Source: an uncultured bacterium
Lineage (GTDB): Bacteria > Hydrogenedentota > Hydrogenedentia > Hydrogenedentales > JAEUWI01
DNA: 25,662 nucleotides
Direction of reading: 5' to 3'
NCBI GenBank assembly: GCA_963977445.1
Contig: CAXBPH010000082.1
Coordinates: forward strand, 1 to 25,662
A program made the position numbers and the translations under genes. Under the pieces are notes generated by a model. The model did not search any database. It saw only the letters and a program-made list of their open reading frames with translations, and was not told the DNA's origin. Of the stretch, positions 9,226 to 17,877 are shown in pieces. Every line of letters begins with the position of its first letter. Position 1 is the first letter of the stretch.

Positions 9226-10497
9226 ATGTCTGATAAACCTTCCCTAAGTCGCCGCGACTTCATTCGCACGGGAACCGCCGTGGGTGCCATGGCCATGACC
9301 GCAAAGAGCTATGCCCAGGTAGCTGGTGCCAATAACCGCCTCCGCATGGGCTTCATCGGCTGTGGCGGTATGGCCGGCGGGCACCTGGATAAGCTCCTCA
9401 GCATCAAAGACAGCGAAAACCTCGACCTCGTCGCGGTCAATGACGTCTACACCAAGCGGGCTCTCGATTTTCAGTCGAAAATTAAAGAAGCGGGTGGTGA
9501 CGCCACGCTCCACAACGACTACAAAGAGATTCTCGCCCGGCAAGACATCGACTATGTGCTTATCGCCACGCCCGAGCACTCCCACGCCTACATCACGTTG
9601 GATGCCCTCGACGCCGGGAAACATGTCTACGTCGAAAAGCCCATGACCCACGACATCAAGGAAGCCCAGGCCGTCGTCGCCAAGGTTGCCGGAACCGATC
9701 TCAAACTCCAGGTCGGCGTCCAGGGCACGGCCGACGACAGCTATTCCAGCGCCTTCGAAGCCATCAAGGCCGGCAAACTGGGTAAGCTCGTCCATGCACA
9801 GATCGACTACGTGCGCAATTATGAAGGCAACGGACCTTGGCGCCGTGGCGGCGACGCCAACGCGCCCAAGCCCAGCGACCTCGATTGGGCCACCTGGCAG
9901 AAACCTGCCCCGGAGCACGACTGGGATCCACAACGTTATTATGAATGGCGCTGCTACCGTGACTATTCCGGCGGTATCGCCACCGACCTGTTCATTCACC
10001 GTCTCACCCGCCTCATCAAGGCCTGTGGACTCGAATTCCCGGACCGGGTCGTCGGCATGGGTGGCATCTACACCTGGGACGATGGCCGCGATCTCCCCGA
10101 CAGCTTCGAGATGATGGCCGAGTACCCCGCAAAAGAAGGTATCACCAACGGCATGACCGTGCACGTCCTCGGCACCATGGCCAACGATGATGGTAATGAC
10201 CACTGCATTCGCGGTACCGATGCGACCCTGAAATTTACCAGCACGGGCTGGGAAATCAAAAGTGATATCAAGGCCGACAAGGACGCAATCATCGCCACCC
10301 ACAAAAAGACGGGTGCCGAGGACCTCGACCCCCACCATCGCAACCACCACAAATCCATCCGCGAAGGTGTGGCCCTCAATTGCCCGAGTGAAATCGGTCT
10401 CTATGGCGTCGCCGCCGTTCGCATGGCCAACCTCTCGTGGTTCAACAAGAAGATGATGGCGTGGGACAAAGAGCGGGCCGTCGTCGTCTCCTCCTAA
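9226..10497 (+). CDS. Gfo/Idh/MocA family NAD(P)-dependent oxidoreductase, Tat-exported
   Basis: ATG 9226 after AAGGA. Tat motif SRRDFIR, Rossmann GFIGCGGMA, IATPEHSH, GKHVYVEKP, WRCYRDYSGG, DLFIH. Confidence 0.9.
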   Translation: MSDKPSLSRRDFIRTGTAVGAMAMTAKSYAQVAGANNRLRMGFIGCGGMAGGHLDKLLSIKDSENLDLVAVNDVYTKRALDFQSKIKEAGGDATLHNDYKEILARQDIDYVLIATPEHSHAYITLDALDAGKHVYVEKPMTHDIKEAQAVVAKVAGTDLKLQVGVQGTADDSYSSAFEAIKAGKLGKLVHAQIDYVRNYEGNGPWRRGGDANAPKPSDLDWATWQKPAPEHDWDPQRYYEWRCYRDYSGGIATDLFIHRLTRLIKACGLEFPDRVVGMGGIYTWDDGRDLPDSFEMMAEYPAKEGITNGMTVHVLGTMANDDGNDHCIRGTDATLKFTSTGWEIKSDIKADKDAIIATHKKTGAEDLDPHHRNHHKSIREGVALNCPSEIGLYGVAAVRMANLSWFNKKMMAWDKERAVVVSS

Positions 10498-10517
10498 ATA
10501 CATCCTGTTGTCATTAC

Positions 10518-10558
10518 GATGCACCCGACTGCCCCTAACACCGTCAGTCGGGTGCGTC
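10518..10558. repeat. Intergenic inverted repeat (hairpin / REP-like)
   Basis: 14-bp arms gatgcacccgactg ... cagtcgggtgcgtc with a 13-nt loop, just after the oxidoreductase stop codon. Confidence 0.5.
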
Positions 10559-10659
10559 ATATTCTCCCAGGTGCCGAACTACCACGCAATGGCTTCTGGC
10601 CCGATTTGTCACCTTCCGTAAATACACCCGATTAAAATTGGCAGAAAGTCCCCACGAAG

Positions 10660-11667
10660 ATGAACACCGCCCTCCCCACCACCTACACCGGCCCCGGACT
10701 CGTTGACTTGCAGGTAAACGGCTACGCGGGCATCGACTTCAATGGCTCCGACGATGTATTCACGGCCGAGACCTTCCACATCGTCCGCGAAAAAATGGCG
10801 GCCCGGGGCGTTATGGTTTCCCTGCCCACCTACATCACCGCGTCGCCGGAACGGCTGGAGGCAAACTGCCGCGCCTATGCCAAGCTGGTCGAAAGCGACG
10901 CCGAACTCGCGACCGCCTTTCCCAAGCTCCATGTGGAAGGGCCCTTTATTTCTGCTGTCGAAGGACCTCGGGGCGCCCACCCCATCGAGCACGCATGTAA
11001 CCCCGCCGACTTGCCCGACCTTATGAAGCGGCTCCAGGAGGCCTCAGGAAACCGACTGGGCATCATCACCCTCGCCCCCGAACTGCCCGGTGCCCTGGAA
11101 CTGATTCGCTGGTGCGCGGAAAACGACATCGTGGCGTCGGCAGGCCACACGAACGCCACCGCCGCCGACATCCGCGCGGGCGTGGAAGCGGGCCTCAAAA
11201 TGTCTACCCACCTGGGCAATGGCTCCCACCAGACCCTCCCCCGCATGGACAACTACATCCAGGCCCAGCTCTCGGAAGATGAACTCTTCGCCAGCTTCAT
11301 TGCCGATGGACACCATGTGCCCTTCTACACCCTGAAAAATTTCATCCGCGCCAAGGGCTTCGATAAAACCGTGCTGGTTTCCGACGCCATCAACGCGGCG
11401 GACTGCGGGCCGGGGCGCTATAGCCTGGGTGATTTCGAAGTGGAAGTTTCGGAGGAATTACGCTGCACCAAGGTGGGCCACGCCGGACTCGCCGGCTCGG
11501 CGCTCACCATGGACATGGGCGTCATCTACACCACCCAACACACCGACGCCGACTTCGACGACGCCTGGACCATGGCCTCTACCCGCCCCGCCCAGCTCGT
11601 CGGAATCCCCGTGCCATCGGACATTTGCGTCGAAGTCAGTGAGACGGGCTTCCGGCGCGTATCATAG
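10660..11667 (+). CDS. nagA: N-acetylglucosamine-6-phosphate deacetylase-like amidohydrolase
   Basis: Motifs PGLVDLQVNG (QxN type), HVEGPFIS, GAH, TLAPELPGA, GHTNA, THLGNG, IADGHH, LVSD (catalytic Asp), LAGS. Confidence 0.85.
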   Translation: MNTALPTTYTGPGLVDLQVNGYAGIDFNGSDDVFTAETFHIVREKMAARGVMVSLPTYITASPERLEANCRAYAKLVESDAELATAFPKLHVEGPFISAVEGPRGAHPIEHACNPADLPDLMKRLQEASGNRLGIITLAPELPGALELIRWCAENDIVASAGHTNATAADIRAGVEAGLKMSTHLGNGSHQTLPRMDNYIQAQLSEDELFASFIADGHHVPFYTLKNFIRAKGFDKTVLVSDAINAADCGPGRYSLGDFEVEVSEELRCTKVGHAGLAGSALTMDMGVIYTTQHTDADFDDAWTMASTRPAQLVGIPVPSDICVEVSETGFRRVS

Positions 11668-11676
11668 ATGGCGTCT

Positions 11677-11711
11677 GGGTGGCACGGACAAGCCTGCAAG
11701 GCTTGCCCGTG
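11677..11711. repeat. REP-like extragenic palindrome
   Basis: gggtgg-cacggacaagcct-gca-aggcttgcccgtg (13-bp arms, one mismatch), 9 nt after the nagA stop. Its start resembles gggtgccacggac at 7797-7809. Confidence 0.5.
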
Positions 11712-11783
11712 AACGCGTGGTATAAAGGCATAAAATGTTGGTCGGCCCGGACCCTCCGCCTATGGCCACACCAAAACCGAGCC

Positions 11784-12473
11784 CTACGGCGTTCTCGCGC
11801 CACCTCCACCCGGATAGCGTTGCGCAATACTTCTGTTCTTCTGCAATTGCTTTCGTATAAAGAACCAATAGGGCCCGCGTAATTGCCATAAGAACAACGT
11901 CCGAATGTGCTCAGCACGACGCCGCAGGGATTCACACATGAATTCCTGCGTGAGGTCCGGCCGATCGATAGCGGAAAGGCCCTTGCGGTCCCTGAGGTAG
12001 GCGAGCCCCTCACAATGCTTTTCGAAAAGCTCGTCCAGCGTCGTATTACTAAAGGCCTGAATGTAGACCCATGGCGGATCGGGAAAGGACAATGCATTGA
12101 CATTGTTACTCGAACACAATCGCTTGCCCTCTTCCAATGCGCTTACAAATTCATAGATGCGCTGGTTCCGATGTAGATAGGAAATCAGCAACGTCTTATG
12201 CTGCGTGCTCCTCCAAAGGCCGGTAGTCGTTCGCGCCCGACCGAGGATGCCAAAGAAATCCACGATCCCGACAGGCGCAAAGCCACGGGTCGCCGCCCAA
12301 CGGCAAATCGGCTGGTACTCCGACGCATGGGTGAGCACGACGGCACCGTTGTCCACAAAATCCAAACGGGTTTCGGCGGTTGCCATACGCCCCACAAGAC
12401 GAACGACGTTCACATTGAATTTGATTGTAAATACCCCAAGCAGCAATCCGCCGTAGACAACAAACCAAACCAT
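11784..12473 (-). CDS. Hypothetical membrane-anchored protein (paralog 3 of tandem triad)
   Basis: AGGAG RBS; N-terminal hydrophobic helix; shares ordered motifs with the two upstream ORFs (Y-x5-WA-x3-F, WRS, EFVS, SSN, FP.PP.Y.QAF, L.EL..KH...L.YL, LW, SIAQRY). Confidence 0.8.
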   Translation of the reverse strand: MVWFVVYGGLLLGVFTIKFNVNVVRLVGRMATAETRLDFVDNGAVVLTHASEYQPICRWAATRGFAPVGIVDFFGILGRARTTTGLWRSTQHKTLLISYLHRNQRIYEFVSALEEGKRLCSSNNVNALSFPDPPWVYIQAFSNTTLDELFEKHCEGLAYLRDRKGLSAIDRPDLTQEFMCESLRRRAEHIRTLFLWQLRGPYWFFIRKQLQKNRSIAQRYPGGGGARTP

Positions 12474-12490
12474 TCTGAATAGCTCCTGCC

Positions 12491-13189
12491 TTACGGCATC
12501 GTTTCTTTTGTGCCTATTGGATATTGTTCCATCACACTTTTACCATGGGCAATAAGCTGAAACCCGAACATGCGCGGCGTGATTCGTAGGGCCCACAGAA
12601 AGAACGGTCGAAAATAATCAGCCCGTGTTCGCTGGGCGACGAATATCACTTCAAGATAGGACTGCCCCGACCATAGGACATGGAGCCCCATGTGTTCACC
12701 CAGATACACCACGGCCGCACGATGCCTGTCGAGAAGCGCCGTTGGATCGGTTGATTCAAAGCTTTGCCGATAGTGTCCGGGAACCATGGGAAGGATATGT
12801 ATCGACGCACTGTTGCAAGTAACGAGGGACTCGCCACCTTCAAATTCGGTCGTAAATTCGAACAAGAATCCTTCTCCCACGGCAAACACTTCCAGGGATA
12901 TCTTTTCTTTTTCGCTACGCCACACCCCTATCGAAATGCGCGTCTTCCCAAACAGGTTGCGTCCATGTCGCTCGATAATCGAATTGGCGATGAATCCGTG
13001 ACCCTGGGCCCACGTCAATTGATCGCGATATGCGGGCTCTTCCATCAACATGAATTTACCCAGAGGCACCTCCGAAAAATTCCGCTCGGGTCGGGCCATG
13101 CCACGCAAGACAAAGACGAGTTGAATGTAGCCACAAACAGCGCCGCAAAAAAGACCTACCGCCAGCATCTCAAGCAAGACCAACACCAC
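12491..13189 (-). CDS. Hypothetical membrane-anchored protein (paralog 2 of tandem triad)
   Basis: AAGGAG RBS; the start is a GTG/TTG at 13189, 13186 or 13183. N-terminal hydrophobic helix; motifs Y-x5-WA-x3-F, VWRS, EFTT, TCN, LP.VPGHYRQSF, LLDRH...V.YL, LW, KSVMEQY. Confidence 0.8.
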   Translation of the reverse strand: MVLVLLEMLAVGLFCGAVCGYIQLVFVLRGMARPERNFSEVPLGKFMLMEEPAYRDQLTWAQGHGFIANSIIERHGRNLFGKTRISIGVWRSEKEKISLEVFAVGEGFLFEFTTEFEGGESLVTCNSASIHILPMVPGHYRQSFESTDPTALLDRHRAAVVYLGEHMGLHVLWSGQSYLEVIFVAQRTRADYFRPFFLWALRITPRMFGFQLIAHGKSVMEQYPIGTKETMP

Positions 13190-13213
13190 TCTCCTTCACG
13201 TGCTGTAAGCACC

Positions 13214-13897
13214 TCAGTCCGAATAACGTTCCGCAATGGACTTGTTTTTCAAACGGGGACGACGCACAAAATACCAGTAAGCACCGGAAAACTTCCAAAG
13301 GGGTAGCGATTGAATGAAGGCACACTGCAACTGAACAGACTCTTCTATCTGCGCCAAGGTCTCCCCCTGCCGATCTACGGGGACGAGCTTTTTCTTCTCC
13401 AACAGAAAAAGGAGGGCTTCTTCATGTTGTTTGTACAATTCCGAGAGCTCCGCCCCATCAAAGGCCTGCGTGTAATGCGTCGGGCGCGAGGGAAAGAGCA
13501 CCGAATCGAGAGCGTTGCTCGTGGTCAGGCCACCGTCTTCACCGAGGGTTGTCACAAACTCACACGTGACCTTGCCACCACCCGTGTAGCTCGCCATGCA
13601 CGTGTTTTTATAGGCATTTTTCCACACGGCCACATCGATTGAGGACCCGTCCAGGGTCGCGTTCGTGCTGGCATGCAACTCTGGTTCAAATTCATTCGCC
13701 TCAGCCCACGCCCGTCTGTCGGCATAGCCCGGATGCCCCTCCAACTGACCCACGCCATTGATATTTTCCCGCAGGAAGGGATTGGCATCGACCATCAGGT
13801 GAATTGATTTTACCACCGCGTTGTTCACCAGATTTACAATGAACAACCCAATAATTAGAACAACCCCCACAACTCCCAGCAAAATGTAAAACAGCAT
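13214..13897 (-). CDS. Hypothetical membrane-anchored protein (paralog 1 of tandem triad)
   Basis: AAAGGA RBS; strong N-terminal TM helix; motifs Y-x5-WA-x3-F, VWK, EFVT, LTTSN, FP.RPTHYTQAF, LSELYKQH..AL.FL, LW, KSIAERY. Confidence 0.82.
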   Translation of the reverse strand: MLFYILLGVVGVVLIIGLFIVNLVNNAVVKSIHLMVDANPFLRENINGVGQLEGHPGYADRRAWAEANEFEPELHASTNATLDGSSIDVAVWKNAYKNTCMASYTGGGKVTCEFVTTLGEDGGLTTSNALDSVLFPSRPTHYTQAFDGAELSELYKQHEEALLFLLEKKKLVPVDRQGETLAQIEESVQLQCAFIQSLPLWKFSGAYWYFVRRPRLKNKSIAERYSD

Positions 13898-13989
13898 AGG
13901 GTCACTATCCTTTCGCGGACGCGAAACCGCTCTCCGGCTCGATTAGCGTCGTCCCAATACCTCTATCGAAGTTTTTCGTTATCAGAGGA

Positions 13990-14126
13990 ACTCCGTGCGC
14001 ACGCCGAGCACCGTTAGGCTCTGGCGGCGGGCACTGAAAACTAATACGGAATCCCCCGTCCCATTTAGAGTTGAGCCACGACCTTGGGTCACGCTAACAA
14101 AGACCCGGGCAATATTGCAACGGACC
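13990..14126 (-). ncRNA. Candidate structured ncRNA, 6S RNA-like rod with central bubble
   Basis: Folded by eye on the minus strand as nested stems: uccguugc/gcacgga, gcccgggu/gcucggc, uuguuagc/gccuaacgg, ggucguggc/gcccgccgcc. These enclose an AU-rich bubble (ucaacucuaaauggg / auuaguuuucagu) capped by acgggg-gau-uccgu. G-U pairs favour the minus strand. No covariance search was run. Confidence 0.45.
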
Positions 14127-14235
14127 TTTAGTACCCCACCACAAAAGCCGCCACGTGGCATCAAGGAAAAACGAGTCTGGGGCCTTCCCGGTTGGGAACC
14201 GCACAGTCCGACTAAACGCGCGGGCGCGATGGTCG

Positions 14236-14583
14236 TTAGCGATAAGACTCGGTGAAATCATCATCCTGAAGGGTACACATGAGTTTGGGGTGTTGTTTGA
14301 ATTGGTACCAGAGCGTGCCCACCGCGTGCTCGTCAAGTAGAAAGCACCGACCGAGATACATGCCCGACTTCGCCTGTGACGTGAATTTGACCATGTAACA
14401 GTCGTCACGGTTTGAAAGCTCAAACAGAAGTTCCGCGAGGAAACTCTGGTCCGTCGCCACAAAACATAGCTTTTTATTGGAGTAGACAACCCCGGGCCGC
14501 CTGCCACGGCCATGGCGCATCAGAAACACCCCATGGTGTACGGGCTCAAAATCCGGAAATAAATACATCTCATCCATCGCCAT
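14236..14583 (-). CDS. Small hypothetical protein (~113-115 aa)
   Basis: Protein-like alpha/beta composition. GAGGT RBS precedes ATG 14583/14577 (14577 has better spacing). It fills an otherwise empty gap; no family recognised. Confidence 0.65.
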   Translation of the reverse strand: MAMDEMYLFPDFEPVHHGVFLMRHGRGRRPGVVYSNKKLCFVATDQSFLAELLFELSNRDDCYMVKFTSQAKSGMYLGRCFLLDEHAVGTLWYQFKQHPKLMCTLQDDDFTESYR

Positions 14584-14748
14584 CGACCTCAGGTCTGGCC
14601 ACTCCCGCAAGCCCACTTCATTCTACCAGAACCCGCCGAATTTCCGAATTGTTATGTTTTGCGACAGGTTGTAGACTATAGGGCGATGCTATTTCGCCCC
14701 AAGTAAGGAAGTACCGCTGTGGATTATCCTCTGACATATGCTGTTATC

Positions 14749-17700
14749 ATGACCGTTCTACGTAGATATCGCTGCTTAACATCCTGTCTCCTGCTCCCGG
14801 GGAGCCTCCTCCTGTCCATGGGGGCACGTGCCGAGGAAGCACTGACCTACAACCGCGACATACGGCCTATCCTGTCCAAAAACTGTTTTACTTGCCACGG
14901 CCCCGATTCCGCCGCGCGCAAAGCCGACTTGCGATTGGACGACCCGGAAGTAGCGCTCAGCAGCAAGGCCATCATTCCGGGCGATACCTCGGCAAGCGAG
15001 CTCGTATCCCGCATCCTGACCGAAGACCCCGACGACCTCATGCCGCCCCCGGCGTCGAAGCTTGCCCTCACCGCGACGCAAAAAGAGACGCTGCAACAGT
15101 GGATACGGGAAGGGGCCGTCTATGAGAAGCACTGGGCCTTCATTCCACCCGTGGCACCGGAGGGCGCCCCCACCATTGACACCCTGGTGCAGGAAAAGTT
15201 GCGGGGCCTCGGCCTGGAGTCTTCTCCGGAAGCGCCCCGGGAAACCCTGATCCGCCGCGTGGCCTTTGATCTTATTGGCCTCCCACCCACGCTGCCTGAA
15301 ATTGACGCCTTCCTGGCCGACACCACCCCTACCGCCTACGAGACCATGGTGGACCAGTATCTGGACCGACCCGCCTATGGCGAGCATCTCGCTGGACAGT
15401 GGCTCGATGTCGCCCGCTATGCCGACACCTATGGCTACCAGAATGATCGGGAAAGCACCGTATGGCCCTGGCGGGATTGGGTCATCACGGCCTTCAATGA
15501 AAACATGCCCTACGACCAATTTGTCCGCGAGCAAATTGCGGGAGACCTGCTGCCCGATCCCACCCAGGATCAACGCCTCGCCACCACCTTCAATCGTCTT
15601 CATCGCCAGACCAACGAAGGCGGCAGCGTCCTCGAAGAGTTTCGCGTGGCCTACGTGTCTGACCGGGCAGAAACCACAGCCACCGCCTTTCTTGGGCTGA
15701 CCATGAATTGCGCAAAATGTCATGACCACAAATTTGACCCCATCTCGCAGCAAAACTACTACGAGCTTTCTGCCTTCTTCAACAGCGTCGACGAATCGGG
15801 TATGTATTCCCATTTCACCAACGTTGTACCGTCGCCCAGCATGTTTCTCTACCGCGACGACCAGGCAGAAAAACACCAGGCGCTAAAGGCCGCTATCCTC
15901 CAGGCAGAACAGGCCGAGAATAAGGCCCTGTCGGATGCAACGGCCCGATTCTCCACCTGGGCGGCCGACCCGATGCGGGCCCTACCCCTGCCCACACCAG
16001 TCGTCGATTTATCCTTTGATACGGTGGTCGAGGGCACAACCCCCGACGGCGCCGCCGACCGCAGTGCAACCTTGTCGGGCAGCCCCGAATCGATAGGGGG
16101 CCCGGAAGGCCAGGCCCTGCAATTCAACGGCGACAATGGCGTTGAATTGAAAGATGCCGCTGCGGGATTTGAGCGACACCAGCCCGTCACCTTTGCCCTG
16201 TGGCTGCGACGTACGGCCGAAGCACCACGCAATGTGATTTTTCACCGCAGCAAGGCGGCCGAAGATGCGGCGAGCCGGGGCTATGAATTGTTACTTACCG
16301 ATGGCAAGCCCGATTTCGCCCTATGCCATTTCTGGCCCGGCAATGCCATCCGCGTGCAGGCCCGTGAAGCCATACCGTTAAATACCTGGACCCATTGCGC
16401 CATTACCTACGACGGCAGCTCTCGGGCCGATGGCCTGGCCCTCTACCTGAATGGTAAACAGGTCGACGTAGACATAATCCGCGATGGCCTCACAAAAACC
16501 ATTCTCTATGAAGGCGAAGCCGATACGGCTGTCCAATTGGCCATGCGCTTCCGTGACAACGGTTTCAAAGGCGGACAACTGGACGAATTTAAACTATTTG
16601 GCCGCCGTCTTTCTGCCCTGGAAGTCGAGAGTCTCGCCGGAACGGTCAATTTGGTCGCCACCATTGACCAGCAGGCCACCGCGCCTGCCGACGCGCAGCT
16701 GCAAGAGTTCTTCGTCCGGGCCGTCGATACGGTATGCTCGGAACAGCGGGACCGCGTCCTCGCCGCCCGCAAAGAAGAGGTCGATTTTGTAAACGGTCTG
16801 CAGAGCATTATGGTGATGGAAGACATGCCCGACACACGGACGGCCTACATTCTGGAGCGCGGCGAATACAATCACCATGGCAAGCCGGTAGAACCCAACG
16901 CACCGGAGCACATCCTCCCCCTGCCTGAAGACGTGCCCCGCAATCGTCTGAGCCTGGCAGCGTGGCTCGTCAACCCCCAAAATCCCCTTACCGCCCGGGT
17001 CGAGGTAAACCGACTCTGGCAACTGTGCTTCGGCGTGGGCATCGTGAAAACCCAGGAAGACTTCGGCACCCAAGGCAGCCTGCCAAGCAATCAGGTACTC
17101 CTCGATTATCTGGCCACCCGTTTTGTGAATTCCGGATGGAACGTGAAAGCCCTCCTCCGTGAGATCGTCCTGTCCTCAACCTATCGACAAGACGCCACCG
17201 CCTCTCCGGAACTACGGGAACGCGATCCCGAAAACCGACTCTTGGCCCGAGGCCCGAAAGGGCGTATGAGTGCCGAGGAAATCCGGGACAATGCGTTGGC
17301 AAGTTCTGGCTTGCTGGTGCAAAAGCTCGGGGGCCCGAGCGTAAAGCCCTATCAGCCCGACGGACTCTGGAAAGAAGCCAGCGGGCTGGTTTACACACCC
17401 GACACAGGCGAAGGGCTCTACCGTCGCAGTATCTACACCTTCATCAAGCGCACCGTACCGCCACCGTCCATGCTGAATTTTAACGCCACCAGCCGGGAGG
17501 TCTGTCTCGCCCGTCGCGAAACGACGGTGACCCCCATGCAGGCCCTCGTTTTACTCAATGACCCCCAATACGTAGAAGCCGCCCGCGCCCTGGCCGTCGC
17601 GACGTTGCCAACCGTGGTGGATGGCTCCGGCGATTGGATTGACGCGGTCTTCCGACACCTGACGAGTCGAAAACCCGATGATGATGAACGGCGCATCCTC

Positions 17701-17877
17701 CAGGAAGCCCTGCACGCACAGCAGGAAGAATTTGAAAGCGATCCCGCAGCCGCCCAGGCGTTCCTGTCTATTGGAGAGCAACCCATCCCCGAAGGCGTCG
17801 ACCCGGTCGGTCTCGCCGCAGCCACGGCCCTGACCCAGGCCATTATGAACTTCGAAGAATTTCAGGTGAAACAATGA
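14749..17877 (+). CDS. Planctomycete-type cytochrome c protein (PSCyt1 + DUF1549 + LamG/concanavalin-like insert + DUF1553), exported, two CxxCH motifs
   Basis: Sec signal [10 protein letters not shown]...SMGARA (alternative GTG start at 14719). Motifs [49 protein letters not shown]; LamG-like region ALQFNG...[11 protein letters not shown]...LYLNG...FKGGQLDEF; then [30 protein letters not shown]. Confidence 0.9.
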   Translation: MTVLRRYRCLTSCLLLPGSLLLSMGARAEEALTYNRDIRPILSKNCFTCHGPDSAARKADLRLDDPEVALSSKAIIPGDTSASELVSRILTEDPDDLMPPPASKLALTATQKETLQQWIREGAVYEKHWAFIPPVAPEGAPTIDTLVQEKLRGLGLESSPEAPRETLIRRVAFDLIGLPPTLPEIDAFLADTTPTAYETMVDQYLDRPAYGEHLAGQWLDVARYADTYGYQNDRESTVWPWRDWVITAFNENMPYDQFVREQIAGDLLPDPTQDQRLATTFNRLHRQTNEGGSVLEEFRVAYVSDRAETTATAFLGLTMNCAKCHDHKFDPISQQNYYELSAFFNSVDESGMYSHFTNVVPSPSMFLYRDDQAEKHQALKAAILQAEQAENKALSDATARFSTWAADPMRALPLPTPVVDLSFDTVVEGTTPDGAADRSATLSGSPESIGGPEGQALQFNGDNGVELKDAAAGFERHQPVTFALWLRRTAEAPRNVIFHRSKAAEDAASRGYELLLTDGKPDFALCHFWPGNAIRVQAREAIPLNTWTHCAITYDGSSRADGLALYLNGKQVDVDIIRDGLTKTILYEGEADTAVQLAMRFRDNGFKGGQLDEFKLFGRRLSALEVESLAGTVNLVATIDQQATAPADAQLQEFFVRAVDTVCSEQRDRVLAARKEEVDFVNGLQSIMVMEDMPDTRTAYILERGEYNHHGKPVEPNAPEHILPLPEDVPRNRLSLAAWLVNPQNPLTARVEVNRLWQLCFGVGIVKTQEDFGTQGSLPSNQVLLDYLATRFVNSGWNVKALLREIVLSSTYRQDATASPELRERDPENRLLARGPKGRMSAEEIRDNALASSGLLVQKLGGPSVKPYQPDGLWKEASGLVYTPDTGEGLYRRSIYTFIKRTVPPPSMLNFNATSREVCLARRETTVTPMQALVLLNDPQYVEAARALAVATLPTVVDGSGDWIDAVFRHLTSRKPDDDERRILQEALHAQQEEFESDPAAAQAFLSIGEQPIPEGVDPVGLAAATALTQAIMNFEEFQVKQ

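Noticed and set aside
9244..10560. 438-aa antisense ORF, and similar shadows such as 425-1192, 14776-15876, 20833-21702, 21733-22497, 23760-24497
   Set aside because: They lie opposite well-supported genes, have no recognisable motifs, and are the expected product of GC-rich codon bias.
13982..14164. 60-aa minus-strand ORF, plus 13995-14255 on the plus strand, over the structured RNA candidate
   Set aside because: No convincing RBS or protein-like features; nested base-pairing explains the region better.
14175..14205. GGGAAGGC on the minus strand resembling a cobalamin riboswitch element
   Set aside because: No other B12-box elements (GCCACTG, CCCGCAACTGT, AGYCAGA-GACC) are present.
14681..14742. 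GGCGATG...TTCGCC hairpin resembling a fluoride (crcB) riboswitch
   Set aside because: The loop and the downstream GCUnAUGAC-pseudoknot element do not match, and no fluoride-related gene follows.
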